This document shows positions 1-8,043 of a DNA stretch of 20,000 nt, one piece after another. Each line of letters opens with the position of its first letter. The stretch's first letter is position 1. Below the pieces are notes generated by a model that searched no databases, was not told the origin of the DNA, and saw nothing but the letters and a program-made list of their open reading frames with translations. The translations under genes were made by a program, and so were the position numbers. The stretch lies in the IMG/VR virus record IMGVR_UViG_3300020161_002252; one strand, 5' to 3'. Source of the stretch: an uncultured virus (IMG/VR IMGVR_UViG_3300020161_002252) (lineage: Duplodnaviria; Heunggongvirae; Uroviricota; Caudoviricetes; Herelleviridae).

Positions 1-1007
1 CCTTTCTGGGTTTTCTTTTTTGCTTGTTCCATGAGTAAAGAAGCAATATGTTCTAATTCTTCATTGCTACAATTAGAGAAGTGATCTTTTAACATATCCT
101 TCAAGCTGGATTTTGTGATCATCTTCTTCTTAGTTTCTTTTTGCCCATAAGTCGCACTAGAAAGCTTTTTATCGATACTTTGTTGAACTAATGCACTTAG
201 AGAAGCGTCCGCATCTGGTATCGCTGGTTCTTGGTATCCCATAGATGCATTCATGGATCTAGCAATCAATTCTAAATTTGTATTTGGGTTGACTGGTGCG
301 CTTGTTACCGCAACATTTAGAACCTTAGCTTTTAGTACGCGTTTCTTATTCTGGGGATCTCTCATTTGTACCACACCTTCAATAGAAAACCCAAGATTAC
401 GATTAGCATTAGCCTTCTTAATTGCTACCGCGGTATCATAGCACTCTTTAGCCAAGGGTTTAGCTAGGTACAAAACACCTTCTACGCGGGTTCTATGATC
501 GTCTAGGCGTTCAATCTTAGTAGGATGCCCTAATACCGCTTCGGGACCTGGTCTATGTTCATGATTGAACCATCCGGAACTAAGGAAGTAATCCCAATCA
601 AGCCCGCTTTGATCAATGGTTTCCCCTTCGCGGTCTTGATCATCAGTGGATACAATACCCGCAATGTAGCCAACGCCATCAGCATTGTTATTGCCATTAG
701 GATCATCGCCAGGTTTATCACCCTTTTCAATAAGATCCATAGGAATCCACTTGGCAAAATAAGAACCCTTGTTCAATGCTTCTTCAATATCAGCTTTGAA
801 ATCGTGATCTTCCAACCACTTTTTAAATTCGCTTACGGTGAACTTGTTTTTATCTGCTCGGATGCTTTGAATCTGGGAATCCCCACCATCTTTTAAGCCC
901 AAGATTACACTCAACCCCTCTGGGAAGCCCTTGGGTGTGAATCTTCTAAAATCACTAAATGCGCTAGGGTCTACTTGTCGCGCTGCGTGTTCATTTGCAA
1001 AAGGCAT
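1..1007 (-). CDS. Prohead (capsid maturation) protease, HK97/SPO1-type serine protease, with extra ~75-aa N-terminal domain; 3' end lies beyond the window
   Basis: Hand translation from ATG at 1007 (RBS AGGAG) is open for 335 codons to the edge: MPFANEHAARQVDP...YIAGIVSTDDQDREGETIDQSGLDWDYFLSSGWFNHEH...LGFSIEG...NVAVTSAPVNPNT. The NHEH (His) and GFSIEG (Ser) motifs match phage prohead proteases. Absent from the ORF track. Confidence 0.92.
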   Translation of the reverse strand, partial: MPFANEHAARQVDPSAFSDFRRFTPKGFPEGLSVILGLKDGGDSQIQSIRADKNKFTVSEFKKWLEDHDFKADIEEALNKGSYFAKWIPMDLIEKGDKPGDDPNGNNNADGVGYIAGIVSTDDQDREGETIDQSGLDWDYFLSSGWFNHEHRPGPEAVLGHPTKIERLDDHRTRVEGVLYLAKPLAKECYDTAVAIKKANANRNLGFSIEGVVQMRDPQNKKRVLKAKVLNVAVTSAPVNPNTNLELIARSMNASMGYQEPAIPDADASLSALVQQSIDKKLSSATYGQKETKKKMITKSSLKDMLKDHFSNCSNEELEHIASLLMEQAKKKTQK

Positions 1008-1052
1008 TTATTTTACTCCTGTTTCTTTGGTTACTGGTTACTTATCAAAATA

Positions 1053-2849
1053 TTATACGATCACTTGAGAACCTTGGCCACCATCAACGCCAAAAAATGA
1101 CATTTTAAGCTTTGGATCAGAAGCAATTCTTATTGTATCTCCCCCTGTTGATAGAATACCTTGTAATGCTTCGGTAGATATGAATCTTGAGAATGATAAC
1201 CCATCTTTATTTGTTACTGGGATTTTCCCTAATGAGTAAATATAATTCTTTGGATCTTTAGAATCGCTTTGTTTAATATTTGGTGATAAATCAACAGAGA
1301 TAGTATCGTTTTCAATTTTTAATACTGCAAAAGGGTGTGTTTTTGTTTGTATTTTTAATATGTTTGTTTTCAAGTCTGAAGGAATTTTAAAGGGTTGTTC
1401 TTTTGATACGGTATTATGTAATTCTTTTACGCGCTTCAATTTAAAAGCACTATCTTCTGTTTTAAGTGCGTTAGATGCTATATGTTCTGGAAGAATAGAA
1501 ACACCTTGATCATTTGAAACATCTAATTTATTACCATTTTGTTTTATTGTTACTTTATCTTGAGAAAGAATTTTTGATAGATTTTCTGAGGATAGTTGAA
1601 AAGGCTTTGTATCTGGATCTATTTTAATATTTGAAGGTACTTTTTGTTCCATGTAGCCCTTATTTGTTAAAGTATAGAAAGAACCATCATTATAAAAAAT
1701 ATGAGTTCTAGCAAGATATTCAGCTGTAGGTTCTCTATCCCCTTTTGAATACATGCTGGATTGTTCCGATAAAGTATCAAAAATATTGCTTAATAATTTG
1801 TCATTATTTTTCATTTTAAAAGCATTTTTAGATAGGCTTATTTGTGGATTATTTAGAATATCTTCAAAAATAGTATCTACTTTTTGACTACTAAAATCTT
1901 TAATTTCTTTTTCAATTGTTTCGTTATCTGCCGTATTTTCTCTAATCCTTTTAAAAATAGAGTCCCAAATAACTGGTATTTCTTTAGATTGTCGTGCTTT
2001 TGCTGTTACAATGCTAACAAGATTCTCATATTTATAATGCTTATCAAACAAAATGTTACTTAATGGATGATTCGCAACTTCCTTTATATGCCTATTTTCA
2101 TAATATTTAGCATCATTATAAAAAGGAAAAATACTTTGCATTTGTTTATCTGATAATTCCAGTGTATCTACATTGAAAATATCATCAAATGGGAATCCAT
2201 TTTGTTCGCCAAATGTATATATCTTTTTAAGCCTCATTAATAAGCTATCAATATACCCTGATGATTGTTGAATATCGCGATCAATTTGTTTTTTAACCAA
2301 GGAAACAATTTCTTCTTTAGATTTACCTTCAAAAATACCAGTAGGTTTTGGCGCTTGTGGCGCTTCTGGTTTCTTTTTCAAAGAGTCAAGCTTGTTTACT
2401 TGAGCTTTCAATTTATCAAGAGTAGAATCTTTAACTTTATGCCCTTTTTCTTTCATTTGTTGGAAAGTGGCTAATTGCTTCTTTGCTCGTTCATGTGATC
2501 GTTCTATGCTGGTAGCATGTTCTTTGTGGATTCTATTTTGAAACTCAAGTTTAGATAGTGTTTCTTTTTGTCCTTTTTTATCCCCATCATCGTATTCAAT
2601 TGTAAGTTTATCACCATCAACGGATTTAATATGCGCATGGTACTTATTATCACCTTCACCAAATGAAAAAGAAGCATCCTTCACAAGTTCAGACTCGTGA
2701 CCTAACCCTTTACCGTGTCCTGCTTGTTCTTGGTAGTAATATTTATACTTTGTTTTACCTGTTTTTGTTCCCCCAATTGGTACACGTCTTACATATTTAT
2801 GTGTTCTTGCCTTGAGTAGATCAAGGATCACTTTGTAAAATGAAAACAT
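1053..2849 (-). CDS. Putative internal head/cargo protein A (598 aa): shared N-terminal module plus unique C-terminus with possible sliding-clamp-like fold
   Basis: RBS AGGAAAATAACA-ATG; first ~157 aa are ~88% identical to 4433-5728; located between MuF and the protease. Confidence 0.7.
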   Translation of the reverse strand: MFSFYKVILDLLKARTHKYVRRVPIGGTKTGKTKYKYYYQEQAGHGKGLGHESELVKDASFSFGEGDNKYHAHIKSVDGDKLTIEYDDGDKKGQKETLSKLEFQNRIHKEHATSIERSHERAKKQLATFQQMKEKGHKVKDSTLDKLKAQVNKLDSLKKKPEAPQAPKPTGIFEGKSKEEIVSLVKKQIDRDIQQSSGYIDSLLMRLKKIYTFGEQNGFPFDDIFNVDTLELSDKQMQSIFPFYNDAKYYENRHIKEVANHPLSNILFDKHYKYENLVSIVTAKARQSKEIPVIWDSIFKRIRENTADNETIEKEIKDFSSQKVDTIFEDILNNPQISLSKNAFKMKNNDKLLSNIFDTLSEQSSMYSKGDREPTAEYLARTHIFYNDGSFYTLTNKGYMEQKVPSNIKIDPDTKPFQLSSENLSKILSQDKVTIKQNGNKLDVSNDQGVSILPEHIASNALKTEDSAFKLKRVKELHNTVSKEQPFKIPSDLKTNILKIQTKTHPFAVLKIENDTISVDLSPNIKQSDSKDPKNYIYSLGKIPVTNKDGLSFSRFISTEALQGILSTGGDTIRIASDPKLKMSFFGVDGGQGSQVIV

Positions 2850-2861
2850 TGTTATTTTCCT
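2380..2861. repeat. Direct repeat copy 1 (~480 bp, includes RBS and 5' coding region)
   Basis: Ungapped match to 5259-5740 (offset 2879), with mostly synonymous or conservative substitutions. Confidence 0.95.
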
Positions 2862-2895
2862 TTCTTTGTTTTCTTAGTTATACTATTTTTATTAT

Positions 2896-4356
2896 TTAAT
2901 TTTTAGTTTTTAAATGATCCGCCCATAAATCCGCGTCCGCCGTTCTTCTAGTCTTTCCACCCGTCAAAAATGAATAAACGCGCGCTCTTGCCCATGCTAT
3001 TTGTGTTGCTCCTGGTCTATGCCCGCTTGTTGCCCAAGCTTCAGCCCCGCGCTTGTGTACTTCGCTTATAATGCGCTTTGAAACGCCTGTTAATTGAGAA
3101 GCTACTTTGATAAATTCTTGGGTTGTATTTCCCTTAGTTTTTTCTCTTACTGCACTGGCTAAACTGGTTCTTGAATACTTGGAAGGTTTTGTTTTGGTAT
3201 CATCACCCACCAAAGGTTTATACTTATCCTTAGCTTTGATCTTGCCTTGTTTGCGTTGTTCTATTTGTTTTGTTCTCTTCTCTTTTTCATCTGGTTCTAG
3301 TCCTCTTAGATACTTGCTAGGAATTGATTTTGTGATTGTTTCCTTGAGCATTCGCCCTTGTTTTGTAACGATAAAACCCCGTGGAATAGGTAGCGTATCG
3401 CATCTACAATTAGGATGCACTGGGAATAAGGTTGGCAATATGTTTTCTTTGGATCGCCCAACATTTACACCATTAGCAATTAATTGATCTGGTTCAAATA
3501 GCACTAGGTTTTCACCGTCTACAAATAACGATAAACAAATATCACAAGCGCTAGTATTTGGGAATCTGGCAACCAATGAATCTTGATCTATTGCATCCAA
3601 TAAGCGCCCTTCGTTATATGCTGCTTGTAACTCGGTTCTTGCGATTCTATCCCAATTTCTAGAATAGTCCTTAGTGATATCCGCCAATCTGGAAGCTAAG
3701 GCCTTGTAATCTCTCCCATCTACAATTTCATTCGCTGTTTCTTGCTTGATTGTATCTAGGATAAATTGCCGTTGTTGTTCATTAACTTCTTCTGTAATCT
3801 CAGTCCCTTCCCAACCTTCAGCAATTGCACTATTTAAATCTTCCCCTACTTGGTTACCTAAACCCCTCGCATAAATACCCGCTCTTTGTAATGCGGAACT
3901 ATACGCTTGTTTCTCTGAATCACCCATCCAAGAAGGCAAATTACGCGGGGGTTGTAATGGTTCTCCGTAAATATGTTCATAGCTTGGCGCTGGTGTTTCC
4001 ATAGTGGAATTTTGACCGTCTATCTCTGTTTGTGATGGTTCTAGTGATACAATACTTTTTAAATGTTCTTTGATCACTGGCTCCCATTCACTCAATCCCC
4101 AATCTCTAGCTTCTTTGATTTGTGTATTGTTCATCTCATTCAGCACTTGCCCCATCATAAACAAAAAAGCATAAGGATCTAAACCCGCTATTTGTAAACC
4201 CTTTGTATCTAGTTTCAATGTTCCATTTTGCGCTAAATCCTTAATGCGTTCTGGACTTAACCCGCTATTTTGTATCCCAAATAACTCAATCAAAAATAAA
4301 TCATGTTGATCTTGTACGCTTTGCAACGCTTGATCTTGTAACTCTTGTTTTTTCAT
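2896..4356 (-). CDS. MuF/SPP1 gp7-like minor head protein with C-terminal DUF5824-like extension
   Basis: RIARTELQAAYNEG...CDIC...PVHPNCRC is the MuF signature; C-terminal RGAEAWATSGHRPGATQIAWARARVYSFLTGGKTRRTADADLW; RBS AGGAG. Confidence 0.85.
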   Translation of the reverse strand: MKKQELQDQALQSVQDQHDLFLIELFGIQNSGLSPERIKDLAQNGTLKLDTKGLQIAGLDPYAFLFMMGQVLNEMNNTQIKEARDWGLSEWEPVIKEHLKSIVSLEPSQTEIDGQNSTMETPAPSYEHIYGEPLQPPRNLPSWMGDSEKQAYSSALQRAGIYARGLGNQVGEDLNSAIAEGWEGTEITEEVNEQQRQFILDTIKQETANEIVDGRDYKALASRLADITKDYSRNWDRIARTELQAAYNEGRLLDAIDQDSLVARFPNTSACDICLSLFVDGENLVLFEPDQLIANGVNVGRSKENILPTLFPVHPNCRCDTLPIPRGFIVTKQGRMLKETITKSIPSKYLRGLEPDEKEKRTKQIEQRKQGKIKAKDKYKPLVGDDTKTKPSKYSRTSLASAVREKTKGNTTQEFIKVASQLTGVSKRIISEVHKRGAEAWATSGHRPGATQIAWARARVYSFLTGGKTRRTADADLWADHLKTKN

Positions 4357-4375
4357 ACTATGCTCCTATTTTGCA

Positions 4376-4387
4376 TAGTATATCATA
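4376..4387 (-). promoter_or_regulatory. Possible extended -10 promoter element upstream of the MuF-like gene
   Basis: Minus strand reads TGATATACT (TGnTATACT) ~20 nt upstream of the ATG; no clear -35. Confidence 0.3.
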
Positions 4388-4432
4388 TATTAGTTAGTTC
4401 CGAATAACCTAAGATATTTATCACTTTGATTC

Positions 4433-5728
4433 TTATTGTCTTGAAACTGGTGCTTTGTACTTGTAATATGATAAACCTCGGCTACCTTCCTTCTTTCGGT
4501 CCCATCTGAATCCTAATCGCCAAAGTTTATCTTTATCTTTGAAATCACCTTCAACATATAAATATAAATTATCTGGATTCCTGCCTTCCATATCATCATC
4601 ATCAATCTCTGTTCCTACGCTACCATCTTCAAAAATATACGAATCGTAACCTTGATATCTTGAATTGTTATAGCGTTGAATGTAATCGTGTTGTGACTCA
4701 GTTAATTGTTTTGGCTTAGATTCTATGTTTTCATCTTGTGTAAATGTATCTTTTAAAAATTGTTTTGCCTTCTCAGTTCCAAGCTTCTGGATAAAATAGA
4801 ATGGGATTTGATATTGTAGCCCGCTTCCATGCTTATCAAAATTCAAAACGCCCATAAACTTATCCATTCCTATCGATTGTAACGCGGGTTTAATATGATT
4901 TTTCCAAGTATCCTCATCATACTTCTTTCTTGTGATCACCGCATACATCCCTTTCTCACTTGGATTATTTATTTGTTTATCGATATACTTATAAGCATTC
5001 ATTCCAATAGAATCGGAAGGTAATGTATTTAATTCATCTTTGTATTTATTGTAGTCCCCATCTTCCGAAGATTCGTTGACCTCGTTTACAATATCTTCAA
5101 TTTCTGGCGATCCCATAAAAGGGGCACTTATGAATCTTAGCCCCGCTTTATCTTTATCCCCATGACTCAAATCTCTAATAGTTTTAGCAAGAGAACCAAG
5201 CTGCTCAATGGATCTATGATATTGTTCAATATATTCTTCTTGTGCTGGAGTCTTAGCTAAAGAGTTAAGCTTCTCTACTTGAGCTTTCAATTTATCAAGA
5301 GTAGAATCTTTAACTTTTGCACCTGTGGTTTTCATCTTTTCAAAAGTAGCAAGTTGTTTCTTTGCTTTTTCATGAGCTTGTTTGATACTGGTAGCATGTT
5401 CTTTGTGGATTCTATTTTGAAACTCGGTTTTGCTTAGTGTTTCTTTTTGTCCTTTTTTATCCCCATCATCGTACTCAATTGTAAGTTTATCACCGTCAAC
5501 AGATTTAATGTGCGCATGGTATTTATTTTCACCTTCACCAAAAGCAAAAGAAGCATCCTTGACAAGTTCAGACTCATGCCCTAATCCTTTGCCGTGTCCT
5601 GCTTGCTCCTGGTAATAATATTTATATTTTGTACTGCCTGTATGAGTTGCCCCAATTGGTACGCGCCTTACATACTTATGAGTTCTTGCTTTGATCAAAT
5701 CAAGGATTACTTTGTAAAATGAAAACAT
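4433..5728 (-). CDS. Putative internal head/cargo protein B (431 aa): shared N-terminal module plus unique C-terminus ending in a DUF5710-like motif
   Basis: Same RBS and N-terminus as 1053-2849; C-terminal LYLYVEGDFKDKDKLWRLGFRWDRKK. Confidence 0.7.
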   Translation of the reverse strand: MFSFYKVILDLIKARTHKYVRRVPIGATHTGSTKYKYYYQEQAGHGKGLGHESELVKDASFAFGEGENKYHAHIKSVDGDKLTIEYDDGDKKGQKETLSKTEFQNRIHKEHATSIKQAHEKAKKQLATFEKMKTTGAKVKDSTLDKLKAQVEKLNSLAKTPAQEEYIEQYHRSIEQLGSLAKTIRDLSHGDKDKAGLRFISAPFMGSPEIEDIVNEVNESSEDGDYNKYKDELNTLPSDSIGMNAYKYIDKQINNPSEKGMYAVITRKKYDEDTWKNHIKPALQSIGMDKFMGVLNFDKHGSGLQYQIPFYFIQKLGTEKAKQFLKDTFTQDENIESKPKQLTESQHDYIQRYNNSRYQGYDSYIFEDGSVGTEIDDDDMEGRNPDNLYLYVEGDFKDKDKLWRLGFRWDRKKEGSRGLSYYKYKAPVSRQ

Positions 5729-5740
5729 TGTTATTTTCCT
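5259..5740. repeat. Direct repeat copy 2
   Basis: Ungapped match to 2380-2861. Confidence 0.95.
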
Positions 5741-5996
5741 ATCTTGGTTTAGCCTTGTTTAAAACAGTCTTTGAAATCTCATTTAATCGATCAGCATATA
5801 AGCTATTCATCTTATCCGCCAATTCATCAATCACCTTAAATTCTCCGCCCCTATGCTGCTTGTGATCTGCTTTACATAGTTGATCAGCGTAAACGGAAGC
5901 GCTAATATGTTCCGCGTGTTGAGCGATATGCTTGGCTAGTGTATCTAAGTTGAATCTCTTCAATTCTTCATTACTAAGTTCAATATTAATTTTCAT
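5739..5996 (-). CDS. Hypothetical head-module protein (85 aa, MKINIELS...)
   Basis: ATG at 5996 has RBS GAGGA and overlaps the end of the upstream gene; a better start than the ORF-track start at 6017. Confidence 0.75.
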   Translation of the reverse strand: MKINIELSNEELKRFNLDTLAKHIAQHAEHISASVYADQLCKADHKQHRGGEFKVIDELADKMNSLYADRLNEISKTVLNKAKPR

Positions 5997-6759
5997 TCTT
6001 TTGTTCCTCTCTTTCAAACTGGTTGATCATCTTTTTAGCCCAAGTAAAACCTGCATCACCACCCCAAAGAAGCCATGAGATATTAGCTTTGCTGGATTTG
6101 TCTTTGTGAAACTTTTTGTATGCACTATGCCTTGAGAAAAAGGAATACATGCGCTTGATGGTCTGCTTGGATACTCTACCTTGAATCAAATTACTTGCGC
6201 GTTGAACACCGCTACCAATTCCCAATTTACCGGCTTGTTTAGAATCTAAACCACCGTGACCATATTCGCGCCGTAATTCTAGGCCTCTTTGCGCTGCATC
6301 TCTTACACCCTGTGGAACTTCGTAACTATCTCCCCCTTTGGTTAACTTGGTTCTTCGATATATGATATCAACCATCAAGGGAACTAAGCCATATTGAATC
6401 AAATCTTGAATATGCTCAGTTAAATCTTGTTCAGTACTATGCAAAACATGTTCTAGTAATAAGTGCATATTGGCGCTTCTTGTACAATCACGATACACAC
6501 GGCTGGCGAACATCTGAATTACTGGTTTTCTTATGATTCTTTGCTTCATTCTGGCGCGTTCTTCATCGCCCACTTGAGTCAATTGTATATCCATTTGATC
6601 GCAAAGAAAATCGTATTCATTCATGATTGCATCATTGACTATATCAAACACTTGTTTTTCACTTAATATCTTTGGATGATCTGCAATCACTTCTTTTACT
6701 TCGTCAAGTCTGGGGTGCGGGTGCATTAGTGACTTGATTATCTCTTGAAACTTGATCAT
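5986..6759 (-). CDS. Two-domain head-associated protein (257 aa) with C-terminal RMYSFFSRH...ISWLLWGGDAG domain
   Basis: ATG at 6759 preceded by GAGGAAAAGAACA; C-terminal motifs resemble a small domain often seen in phage head-module genes (recalled, not searched). Confidence 0.75.
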   Translation of the reverse strand: MIKFQEIIKSLMHPHPRLDEVKEVIADHPKILSEKQVFDIVNDAIMNEYDFLCDQMDIQLTQVGDEERARMKQRIIRKPVIQMFASRVYRDCTRSANMHLLLEHVLHSTEQDLTEHIQDLIQYGLVPLMVDIIYRRTKLTKGGDSYEVPQGVRDAAQRGLELRREYGHGGLDSKQAGKLGIGSGVQRASNLIQGRVSKQTIKRMYSFFSRHSAYKKFHKDKSSKANISWLLWGGDAGFTWAKKMINQFEREEQKNEN

Positions 6760-6806
6760 TGTTCTTTTCCTCATGAAATGGGTTAAGAACATATTACTAT
6801 ATTTTA

Positions 6807-7316
6807 CTATCTATTTGTGTTTTTAGTTGCCTTGAGGGACTTTCTAATCATTTCAGCATACAAGCCAAAAGAGATACTTTTTACTACTTTTTTCTCTGAA
6901 TAGAATGTTTTTGCATTTGAAATAAAATACCAATCTATAAAAGTTTTGATAAAGGCTTCTAATTCAATAGCATCATCATAATCTAGTGTTTGAATCTGGC
7001 TTAGGAAATACCCATCATTTTGTAGTGATACTTCTTGATTTATTTTGTCACTTACAAACTCGATTAGATCCTCATTAAGATAGTTTTTCTTGACATATTG
7101 AAGCGCTTCTATCTCTTTACTTGGCTTATTCTCATGCAAAGAATACATTGCTATTAGTTCATCACAACGATTAACCAAGTATGAAGAACCCTTTAAACAA
7201 TCAAGTATGATATCTTTAATTTGTTCTTTGGAAATCTTGGTTGGCTTGGATGCTAGAATCATTTTAAGCCTATTATATTTAGATGCGTACGCATTTGATT
7301 TTCTTAATCTGGTCAT
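6807..7316 (-). CDS. Hypothetical protein (169 aa)
   Basis: ORF co-oriented with the head module; no RBS upstream because the foreign block begins just before the ATG. Confidence 0.7.
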   Translation of the reverse strand: MTRLRKSNAYASKYNRLKMILASKPTKISKEQIKDIILDCLKGSSYLVNRCDELIAMYSLHENKPSKEIEALQYVKKNYLNEDLIEFVSDKINQEVSLQNDGYFLSQIQTLDYDDAIELEAFIKTFIDWYFISNAKTFYSEKKVVKSISFGLYAEMIRKSLKATKNTNR

Positions 7317-7319
7317 TTT

Positions 7320-7985
7320 AATAATAATGTTTCACATGCTGTCCGTATGGGTGTTATCTCTCACAGTGGCAAAAAGTACAAAATGACACAATTAGGTAAA
7401 GATATCTTAGCTAATAATTCGCTCTATCCATCTATTTCTAAAGAACAGTTATTGAAGTACTATAGGGTTAACAAGGATGATGGCTCAATACTTTTCCCTT
7501 ATAGGGCAATACTCAAAATCTTTCTTGAAGTCGATTATGTTACAAGATTTGAATTTCTGTATTGCATATATTCTTTATGTGATACTAGTGAAGCATCTAT
7601 TCAGGATGCTATAGAAAGAATAAATTATCTTCGCGCAACATATCCAAATATTAATATTTTAGGTGAAAAAAACAAAGAAAAAGTTCTTGATATTATCAAC
7701 ACTAAGTATGATGTTCAATTTGGTTTCAAAGATATTTGGACCAGCAAAACCACAACATACAACCAGTTCAATTACTTTAAAAAGCATTTATGGGAGTTTA
7801 ATAACATCTTTATCACTACTGAGGAGAAAACAGATAAAGAAAAAATTCGCATTAATCCAGGCGCTCAATCATCTATCAAAGAGTTACTTGATTTGACTAG
7901 TACCATCGAAGTTTTTGCTGCCAGCAAAAATATGAACAAATTAGATGAACTATATGGAAAACGTATTTCAACCATAAACTTATAA
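7320..7985 (+). pseudogene. 5'-truncated probable type IIS restriction endonuclease (winged-helix DNA-recognition portion)
   Basis: Frame is open upstream of ATG 7347 (NNNVSHAVRMGVISHSGKKYKMTQLGKDIL, a wHTH wing pattern) with no RBS; LFPYRAILKIFLEVDYVTRFEF resembles AlwI/BpuJI-like recognition domains; convergent with two MTases; no catalytic motif evident. Confidence 0.5.
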
Positions 7986-8043
7986 TCTTCAAGTTATTAC
8001 AACACATAAAAGGTTCATTAAATTCAAAGTAGAGAGCCTCTTT

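Noticed and set aside
253..896. ORF-track ORFs 253-441, 530-757 and 555-896
   Set aside because: Shadow or alternate-frame ORFs over the real prohead protease gene
2380..5740. Diversity-generating retroelement TR/VR pair
   Set aside because: Repeat is long and N-terminal, both copies are coding, substitutions are not adenine-specific, and there is no reverse transcriptase in the window
2380..5740. Invertase-driven shufflon linked to the serine recombinase
   Set aside because: Repeats are direct, each gene has its own start, and no inverted crossover sites or silent cassettes were seen
2878..6806. Shared AAAATAGTA (minus strand) upstream of genes at 2849 and 6759 as a late promoter
   Set aside because: Only two short AT-rich instances next to stop codons; not found before the other head genes
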